From Azolla caroliniana (lineage: Eukaryota; Plantae; Polypodiophyta): a stretch of 64,000 nt of DNA. The notes below the pieces were generated by a model. That model was given only the letters and a program-made list of their open reading frames with translations, did no database searches and was not told the origin of the DNA. The translations under genes and the position numbers were made by a program. Shown piece after piece: positions 54,911 to 64,000 of the stretch; within the stretch, counting starts at the first letter, position 1, and each line of letters begins with the position of its first letter. The stretch covers positions 9,114,001 through 9,178,000 of the forward strand of contig JBHGNT010000009.1 of assembly GCA_043228905.1 (NCBI GenBank). Direction: 5' to 3'.

Positions 54911-57369
54911 TTTCCAGAGTGAAGCTCTCCCTCATGATCACTTATAACCCGGAGGCCAACGGAAAGATAAAGCGCGGGCGTGGGCCTATAGTCAAGGCCA
55001 TTGTAAGAGCTTGTGATGGGCGAGTCGAGAATTGGCCTCGGTTACTACCTTATGTCTTGTGGGATGACATAACCACTCACAGTTCAATGACAAGGTTCAT
55101 GCCAGCTAAGCTCATGTACGGACAAAAGCCAGCGATGCCCATTGATGACACGATCACATCATCGGTAGTGATGCTGTGGGAAAACGAGATGAGTCGAGAA
55201 GAGCTTCTAGCAACAAGGATAAGGCAACTCGAGAGAAGACCGGAAGACTTGGAGTTGGTGAAGGAAAGGTTAGAAGTGGCTAGAATAAATAATAAAGCCC
55301 GATTCGACAAGACACACCGACTATGCCCTCGAAAGATCGAAGGAGACTGGGTGATTGTGTATGATAGCAGCCTCGACAATCAACATAGCTCGATGCAGAA
55401 GTTCGTGAAATAATGGTTCAGACTGTACATGGTAACAAGCGTAAACAACAAAACGCCACCTACCACCTGGCTAAACTCGATGGAACCAGGTTGGCAATAC
55501 CAATAGCTGGGAAGCGGGTCAAGATCTTCAAAAAGTGGCCAACGATGAGCCAAACCTTGATGACTCTAACCAAGATGAAGACGAGCAAATGATGAGCTTC
55601 GGGGTCAACGAGGAGGAGAAAATGGTCGATTGACCACCCTCGGCCTACCATACTTGGCACATACTGGAGGATATGCGGTTTGGTGGGGGTGGATGTCGTG
55701 ATGTGGCGTGCCGAGTGTGGGAAAAGCCGATGGACAAGGGCTAAGGTGTGATATGCAATGTGTGTGCATGCAAAGGCAATTATTTGTGCACATGCACAAA
55801 TAAAATGGTGCAAAAGAAATGGAAAATGAAGGAGTGAAATGACACACAAAAAATGTGGGGGTGGGAAAAGTAAGAGAGAGGAGAGAGAAGGAAATATATT
55901 GTATATTTATAGATATAAAATTAAATATTATATAAGAGAAAGTTAATGGCCCTCTAGCTAGAGGTGCAAGATTCAAATCTAATCTAACAATTCAATGTAA
56001 TTTAAGGAGACTTAGTCCTTTTCTTGCATTAAATACAATAATGCCCAACCTTTCCTATAAAAGGAGGTCGAGGGGCCTCATTTTGGAGGAGGACTCTTTG
56101 GGAGAAGGAGACTATCATCATTTTCTTTTGAGAGCTCTTCATCTTCATCTTAACTGTTGTGGGGAGAAACTCTTGCTCTTCCTATGCTCATACTCTTTCA
56201 TCCCCTCTTCGTCGCGGTGCTCATCTTCTTCATGTTGGTAGCAATGTTCGCGTGCCCTTGTGCTCGTGTGCTCATGTGCTTGGTGTTCGGATTTACTCTT
56301 GTCTCGAAGGGCATTCACTATTTGTGTTTTGTTGAGCTTGTGGCTAACTAAAGTTGCCACTTTGTAATCCTCCCCCCCTCTTCCTAACTTCTTTCTTGTA
56401 ATCAAACCCTATTTTATAAAGGGCACTCTTGCGTTGGAATCGAACACACACACACACACACACATTTCTTTAGCCAATATCATTCGTGTTTTGTTTCTTT
56501 ATTCTCATCCCCTTGTACGTTCGGCCATCTTGTGACGAGGGAGCGTTTCCGGCGTGTCCATGCACCAGTCCTCATGAAGGTGTACGTGCATTCGTGTGTG
56601 TGTTTTGTGTCTTCCTTGTGCGTTCGGTTGTCTTGTGACGAGGGAGCGTTTCGGGTGTGCCCATGCACTTCTCCTTCTCATAAAGATGTTCAAACTTTCG
56701 TGTTTGCATTCTCGTTCCATTCCTTGTGCGTTTGCCTTATGTGTTCATCTTCCGTTGTGTACCTGTCTGTTCACTCATGCAGTGAGCTCAAAAGCCCGAC
56801 GAGTCATGGTCAATGAAAGCCACCGGCCCACAAAAGGAGCAATGAGCCCTTGCTCGGCAAGTAGTCTTAATCGATAAGCAAAATTTAGGTCTTCTTTACA
56901 AGTAGTCTTAATCGATAAGCAAAACTTCCCAACACCAGATTACGGGTTTTTTGTCGCGCGTCGATCGATGAAATTTCTCGTTGGCTAATTTCATGGCCCT
57001 TTTTGCTGAATCCGACCTCTAGAGGTCCATCGCCACTGCTTAGGGGGCTATCGGATTCACCTTTATACGACTTATCACTGTCATGAACATATACCAAAAC
57101 TCCAAGACTTGGATAATAAAGATTTGAACCCATGACCTCTTCAAAGATAATGTGTAGCCTCAACCACTAGGATACATCATATTACACTTATTAAATTGTA
57201 AATTATTATATTAGATAAGGAAAAAACATATCTAATAGTGTGAAACGTTGCGACCGCATAGGCTAACGCATGATTACCAAGTGTCATGCTTGCATGAATG
57301 ACAAATGGCGAGCATGCGTGCCTATGAGGTGGCGAGCATGCATGTATCCAAAGTATGCTATATAAACAT

Positions 57370-59248
57370 ATAACGAACTATTGATGAACCATTCCGGATT
57401 GCTCATGAACCGGCTGACCACTCCGATTGCATATCCGGTGTCCGGCCGGGTACACACCATTGTGTACATTAGACTTCTTACTGTTGAGGTATAAGGTACC
57501 TTCATCATCTCAGCTTTCTCCATCTTTTTCTTTAGACTTTGTTTCCCGGACAACTTGTAGTTTGCTGGAAGTGTCGATCAGACCGGCTTCACATCCACCA
57601 TGCTGAACCTTTGGAGCACCTTTGTCACATACTTCTCCTGTGACAACCATAATAACTTCTTTGTCCGGTTTCAGACTATGTGCATCCCCAAGATTTGTCT
57701 CGCCGAACCCATATCTTTCATTAAGAAAGACCTGCTCAAGGCCTTCTTCAATATCCCGATTTTGATACGGCCCCGTCTGACAATCAACATGACATCCACG
57801 TACAGTAGGAGTATTAGGATGTCTCCTCCGTCGAACTTCTTCACGAACACACAATGGTCGGCCTACGTCTTGTGGTATCCTTGGTCGGTCACGAAGTAGT
57901 CAAACTTCCAGTACCATTGCCGGGGAGCTTGCTTTAATCCGTATAAGCTCTTCTTCAACCGGCACACCAGGTTCTCCTTCCCTTTATTGATGAATTCTTC
58001 CGGCTGCTACATGTAGATCTCCTCCGCAAGGTCACCATGCAAGAATGTAGTCTTGACATCTAATTGTTCAACCTCAAGGTCCATGCATGCCGCTATGCTC
58101 AACACCATCCGGATGGATGTCATCTTCCCTACCGGGGCAAAGATCTCATCGAAATCCACTCCTTTCTTCTGCTGGAAACCCACCACCACAATGCGGGCTT
58201 TGTACCTTGGAGGATTTCCGACGTCACTCGATTTCAACTTGTACACCCACTTGTTCCGGAGCACCCTCTTTCCTTTCGACAACTCCGTCAATTCATATGT
58301 TTGGTTCTCATCTAGGGAATTCATCTCATCCTATGTGGCACTTAACCACTTGCAGTAGTGAGTGTCTTTCTTTGCTTCTTCGAATCCGTTTTGGGGTCTT
58401 GTCCGGTTTTGATGTCTAGTCCTTCTTTGGTCATTTCGGTTCCTTGTTCGAATCCGATTCTCGGCTGGCTTCCAACTCCCGACTGGCCTTCAACTGTCGA
58501 TCCGAATTCGATCAACTCTCCATGTTCTTCAGTCGGCTATCGACTTCCGACTGTTTGGGAGGATATGTTCTTCTCCGACTTCCAGTCGACAATAGTCTTC
58601 TCCTCCATGAAGACTATGTCTTGGCTCTGAGTGACCTTCTTGTTGACTAAGTCCCAAAGTCGATAGCCAAATTCATCATCTCTATAGCTGAGAAATATGA
58701 ATGGCTAAGTTTTCGGGTTCAGTTTTCCCCGTTTTTCCTTTGTGATATGCACATAGGCAACACAGTCGAACACCTTCAGATGCCGGTACGAAACGTCTTT
58801 GGTGGTTCACACTCTCTGTGGTATATCTCTGGTCCAAGGGTGATGATGTTGATCTATTTATCACGTACGTTGTTGTCATCAACGCCTCAGCTCAAAACGT
58901 CTTGGACAACTTAGCATGTGCAAGCATACTTCGGACTCTCTCCTTGATGGTCCGGTTCATTCTCTCGGCCAGTCTGTTCAGCTTTGGCATCTTCGGCACG
59001 GTAAATACTCGAGCCGGATTCCCTTCGACCGGTAGTATTCCTCAAACTACCATTGGTATTCGTCTCCATTGTCCGCTTGAACTGCTTTCAGCTTCCGACT
59101 GGTTTCTCTTTCTACTCTCGCATGAAGCTCCTTCAAGACGGACAATACCTTGTCCTTCTTCTTTAGTGTGGAGACCCACAAATTTCGGTTGTGGTTATCT
59201 ATGAAAGTCACGAGGTCCTGAGACCGGGCATGTGACTTTGTGTCCACG
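57370..59248 (-). pseudogene. Degraded, internally deleted copia pol of the same family as 1-2831
   Basis: GNPPRYKARIV...QKKGVDFDEIFAP, MVCTRPD and ELHARVERET are nearly collinear with the first copy; many stops. Confidence 0.92.
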
Positions 59249-59256
59249 AAGCATAT

Positions 59257-59990
59257 TGTTACCAGTTACGGTGACACGGGGCCAAATCCTCAGTCCTTCG
59301 GGGTTCGGCTCAAGGGAATCGTGGTTTGAGGAACGGGTGAGTACGTCGTACCTGGAACTCCGATGACTGTGTATGGGATGTGTAAGGGTTAACTTGATCG
59401 TGGGACTGTGGAGATTAGGGAGACGGCTACAACTAGCTCCTTACATACTAGCATACACAACGTCATACGGCTTCAACACAGATCGTATACTCGACACGAA
59501 ACATGAAATAGATACAAGAATCATAGAACAAAAAGGATTCAGGCAATCAGAAACTATATTCCAGATATTGAGTACAAGATTATCGCTAGCTTTTTACAAG
59601 TTTTCCATGCCCTTTATATATAGGGTCATGGACAGTTACACTCCGCGCGTGAACCGTTACTGTCATTAACTACGCTTCGGCTATCCCTATGCTACAATTG
59701 TTACTCCCTCTTTACTACGCCACGACCCTAGTCGTCTTCTTCACTTGCCGTAACCGTGCCTTTTTCTTTCTCCTTCTTAACCTTTCCCACTTGGCCATCC
59801 AAGGCGGCCAACACATACATCGGTATGCACGAGTTCAAGTAGTGCCTTTTGCCTCATCAGTGGTCTCGACTAGGAAGAGGTTTTGTTCTGCTTGCCGGCC
59901 AAGAAATCAATGCACTTCTCAAATTGCACGTTCTTCACCTCCGGAATGAGGTTATCTTCGGCAAGTCTCCGCATCCCCTTCTGGCTCTGT
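59257..59990. repeat. Probable LTR fragment of another retroelement
   Basis: Abrupt TGTTACC start after the copia fragment and a CCTTTATATATAGG TATA-like core; the other end is not defined. Confidence 0.35.
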
Positions 59991-61320
59991 CATGGACACA
60001 CCAAGGGCGGACTTGGACGGAGCACAAATGATGGGGCTACGAGTGATAGATGAACTTGGAGCTAGATGTGATGAGGCTAGGAACTTTAGATGTTGTGAGC
60101 GACATGAGGGCATGAAGACAGAAATAAAGATCAACGAGACAAAGATGAGGCTAAACGAGAATACTAGATTGATATGTCAATGACTGGTGTTGAATCCCTT
60201 GAAAATGGACCAAGGATGTTACAAGTATTTATATAATTTCTGAGATTGAATATCTCTAGAATATACTCGAGAAATATCTCGAGAATATACCCATTTAGAA
60301 TATACCACAAAATAAATCTAGAATATACTAACGACTAGAATATTCTCGAATGTACTATACACCTAGACTCTACAATATATGCAAGTTCACACAATCAAAT
60401 GTGGATAGTTCACATGAGTTTCCATATGGTTAACACAACACAATGTATTGTGTGTGTTAAAAGTCAGAGATTCGAGTCTAGAATGTGACATTATCTCCCT
60501 TCTTACGCCACCTTCCCAAACCGATCATTGGCTTAAGGGGATATTGTTGATGAAAATCTTAGACCACCTCCAAAGTATTTTGTAAATCCTAGACAAGGAG
60601 TAACCCTTCCAGAAGACGAGGTATTGAACACCAACGGGCATGAGCAACCATGTGCAGTCGTCGCCTAGGACTAGAATACGAATACCAACAGGTGTGGGCG
60701 ACCATGTGCGGTCCTCACAGGGAGCATGAACACCAACGGGCATGAGCGACCATATGTGGTCCTCGTCGGGAAGTGGAACACGAATACCAACGGGCGTGAG
60801 TGACCATGTGTGGTCCTCACGGGGAACACGAATACCAACAGGCATGAGAGACCATGTCGGTCCTCGCCAAGAGTTGGAACACGACCACCAACGAGCATGA
60901 GAGACCATGTGTGGTTCTCACCGGGAACTGGAACATGAACAACAGCAGGCATGAGCGACCATGTTGCTCCTCACCGAGATCTGGAACATGAACGATATCT
61001 GGAGTGAGTGACCATGTGCGGTCCTCACCAGAGATTGGAACACGAATACCAATGGGTGTGAGTGACCATGTGCGGTCCTCACGATGAATACGAACACCAA
61101 ATGGGCATGAGAGACCATGTCGGTCCTCGCCGAGAGTTGGAACACGAACACCAACGGGCGTGAACGACCATGCGGCCCTCATTGAGAACTGAACACGAAC
61201 ATGCGTGAGAGACCATGCGGCCCTCACCAAGAATTGGAACATGAATAGATGTGAGCGACCATGTCTGGCCCTCATCGGGAAATGGAACGTGAGCGACCAT
61301 GTGTGGGCCTCATCGAAAAG
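59990..61320 (-). mobile_element. Inverted copy of the minisatellite-bearing non-autonomous LTR family (LTR ~59990-60489, PPT, array ~60625-61320)
   Basis: Reverse complement of the GGGATTCAACACCAGTCATTGACA and TATTCTAGA-rich LTR; AGAAGGGAGATAA-TGTCACA junction; same repeat core. Confidence 0.8.
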
Positions 61321-62126
61321 TTAGTCCATATGGTACACATACTACACCTTAAAGTTAGTCCATAAAATTGCTCATTTTTTAAATATTGTACTTATTGTAT
61401 TAGTGCAAACAATATGCACAATACATTGCCATGTTAGTGTGAAACAATGTTAAAACGATTTACTTTACAATCATGGACATATAAACATCGGTAGACTTAA
61501 CACATGTGTAGATGTGCATATTCCAAATATTGTCACATTGTAAATACCAAAGTATATTCGCAATCAAGACAAAAACTAGATAAGGCAAGTCCATGCAAAT
61601 ACATTGAACATAGTATATAATCTTTGACAAAAGCCATGAGTGCCAAGTGGGGCCATCTACTCAGCCATCCCAACATGGCTTGATCTATTTGAACCCCTAA
61701 ATGAGGTTCATATGGGGGGATTCTCAATTATTATTTAGGTTTTACTAACAATCCTACGATTGTATTTTGTAGTCAAGAATCTTATTACTATTCATAGTCT
61801 ATTTTTTCTTCAATTATTTGCTTTTTTCCTTGGGAAATATTGTCTAAAGTTCTTGTGTTTAGACTCACATATCACATTGATTCGTCAATATCTTGGACAA
61901 AAACCTAAACAGTTCCATCCAATTGCACATACAATTTGTAGTGGAAGGGAATATAAGGACATCCTCTATATCCCAAAAAACGACAATGTTCATATAATCA
62001 TAAATATTAAAAAAGAACCCAAAATGCACATCTAACATTCAAAATGATTAGAAAGTCTTCGTTGACAAATGTTTCTCCCTTGATTTTCCCTCCTCTTCAA
62101 TATGTCCTAAAAAATGCTTACCCATA

Positions 62127-62345
62127 TAATTACAACTTATAAACTCCTAAGAAACTAGAGTTTGAAGATTGAAATTACAACTCAAACAATAAATATTAAC
62201 TAACATTTTCATCCATTTTAGTTTAAGAATTTAAGTAATTACAACTTATAGACTCCTAAGAAACTAGAGTTTGAAGATTGAAATTACAACTCAAACAATA
62301 AATATTAACTAACATTTTCATCAATTTTAGTTTAAGAATTTAAGT
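62127..62345. repeat. Direct tandem duplication, 109-bp unit x2
   Basis: TAATTACAACTTATA...AGAATTTAAG occurs at 62127 and 62236. Confidence 0.9.
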
Positions 62346-62862
62346 GCATTATTGACCTTACTAGTGAAATTCAAGTTTACGAGTTTAGTGCATTTTTATA
62401 AGTAGTTAAAAATATTTGTATTAATAGCAAAAACTATGGTTGCATTGTTTTATAATGCCTCGATGATGTTATTTGTTTACTATAGAGCCTATATGAAGTT
62501 GCTTGATGATATTATTATAGAGGTTGGATGATCTTGTTATTCTTGTAGTAACCATATTTTTGGTGTTGGTCTTCTTGGAAAATCATATTTAATCCTAGAT
62601 TGTAAATGCCGCTATTAAAGTGTGGTATATATATTTTAAATGAACTTAAAATAATATAGTATCTTGACAAATAATAGCCTCATTGTAATTGCAACCACTT
62701 AGGAATATACTATTATTTTTGAAAATGACTCAACTATTTAACATACTATATGCAAAACACGTATTTTTATATATTTAACAAATAACATAAACTTATTTAA
62801 AGTACTTTTAGTTTTGGAGGTACTTATCCAATAGTAATACATTAAAGACATATGGTACCCAT

Positions 62863-63659
62863 CAGGGCAAAAATTTGACGGGTGTCATGCCCGTCAAAGG
62901 CCCTTTTGCTTGTCAAAAACCTACACTTAATAAAAATGCTTGTCAAGTGACATACAATGTTTCAATTTTCATTTTCATGTGAAAAGCCCCTAAAATTTAT
63001 ACATGTCAAATGACATACTAAAATTCTATTTTCCATGTCATATATATTATATATATGATACATATTGTCATATAAATATATTTATATACTATCAAGTGTG
63101 TATAATAATATATTTATATTATATGTTTTTTTTTATAACATGCTTAAAATAATATCATCATCATGTAATAAATTTTAAATTTGATTGAAATTTTAAAAAG
63201 TAACATTTATTAAATACTCTAAGTGTAAACTCTAGGTTTGATTTTAATGTTTTAAGTTTTAAGTTAAACCTTAATTTTTTACTAACCTTTTTTTTCAATA
63301 AAAAAACCTTTTTCAGCAAAACAATAACCATGTTTTTCTCAAAATAACCACTTTTTTTCCAAAAAAAACCTTTGTTTTTTCCAAAAAAAAAACTTTTCTT
63401 CATACTTAATAGTAAAAAATTAACACGATATTTATTTTATGTATATTCATTATCTTTGTGAGGTAATTATGCTAATTTGTGTATATTTGTGTTATAGTAA
63501 TGACATCTATAACAATGTAGCATTATAGAGAGCTTTTCATTTTTTAAATTTGTATATCAAATGACATGTTAGTTTTTGCAATCTTATGTCATATGACATA
63601 CATCTTTAAAAAATGCTTGTCAAAAAACTTTGATACTAACCCATCAAATTTAGGCCTTG
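62863..63659. mobile_element. hAT-like non-autonomous element (MITE)
   Basis: Imperfect TIRs CAGGGCAAAAATTTGACGGGT / CAAGGCCTAAATTTGATGGGT; many subterminal TGTCA/TGACA motifs; AT-rich interior; no clean TSD. Confidence 0.6.
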
Positions 63660-63660
63660 G

Positions 63661-63684
63661 TTTAGGGTTTAGGGTTTAGGGTTT
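63661..63684 (+). repeat. Interstitial plant telomeric repeat (TTTAGGG)x3
   Basis: TTTAGGGTTTAGGGTTTAGGGTTT. Confidence 0.8.
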
Positions 63685-64000
63685 GTACATAACGTACTAA
63701 CAACTATCGTAGTCAAACATATTGGAATTTCTTTTTGAAAAGAAAACATATTGGAATTTCAAGCTTTATTGTACAACATGTGTGACTACAGAAATGGTGG
63801 GTGCATGTGTATGATCTAAAATCCACTCACTCTCTTACCATAACATTGTAGTCCTAGAGATATAAGTCCCTTTTATAGTTCATGTAAAGGATATGTATAT
63901 GTATTTTACCTAAATTATGTTGACAATGAGAGATAATGTTAGTAAGTACAATGAGAGATTATGTATTTAGTAAGTAGATAATGTTATATATTGAAGGAAC

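Larger units (their letters stand above)
25762..56945 (+). mobile_element. Old Ty3/gypsy element broken by nested insertions: gag 25762-26440 and 30465-30850, protease ~30850-31210, RT 31842-32884 resuming at 52990, RNase H to 53760, integrase 54915-55560, PPT, 3' LTR from 55694
   Basis: CMWCDTPDHPRREC knuckle; ALIDHGSKINLM protease; DLYSGYDQF and LPQGGTNS; FLDDIPIK|EYPKVEKNETLD rejoins in frame across the DNA transposon; YNPEANGKI integrase; GGTGGGGGTGGA PPT then TGTCG. The right LTR boundary is approximate. Confidence 0.8.

Noticed and set aside
54586-55413. 275-aa ORF as one gene
   Set aside because: It is a chance fusion across a junction: antisense extra-ORF remnant joined to the old gypsy integrase.

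Overview
Land-plant nuclear DNA, repeat-dense; probably a seed-free plant such as a fern, judged only from the style of its retroelements (inference). There is one intact host gene, an 11-exon GRIK/SnAK-type (CaMKK-like) kinase on the minus strand at 10254-15468. Most of the rest is nested mobile DNA: Ty1/copia elements, a full-length dead L1-type LINE with a 14-bp TSD, several Ty3/gypsy elements, solo LTRs, a tandem non-autonomous LTR family and a hAT-like MITE. The main finding is a 20.1-kb DNA transposon at 32885-52985 (about 9.4 kb once a nested 10.7-kb gypsy is removed). It has 25-bp terminal inverted repeats and a 4-bp AGTA TSD, and it sits inside a gypsy RT gene. It carries two divergent genes: a DDD-type (Sola1/DUF7869-like) transposase, and a spliced gene encoding a ParB/Srx-like domain fused to a prokaryote-type beta-class N6-adenine/N4-cytosine DNA methyltransferase. 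Between them lies an array of about 13 25-bp palindromes at roughly 51-bp spacing. This copy is pseudogenised. All family assignments come from motif recognition by eye, not from database searches.
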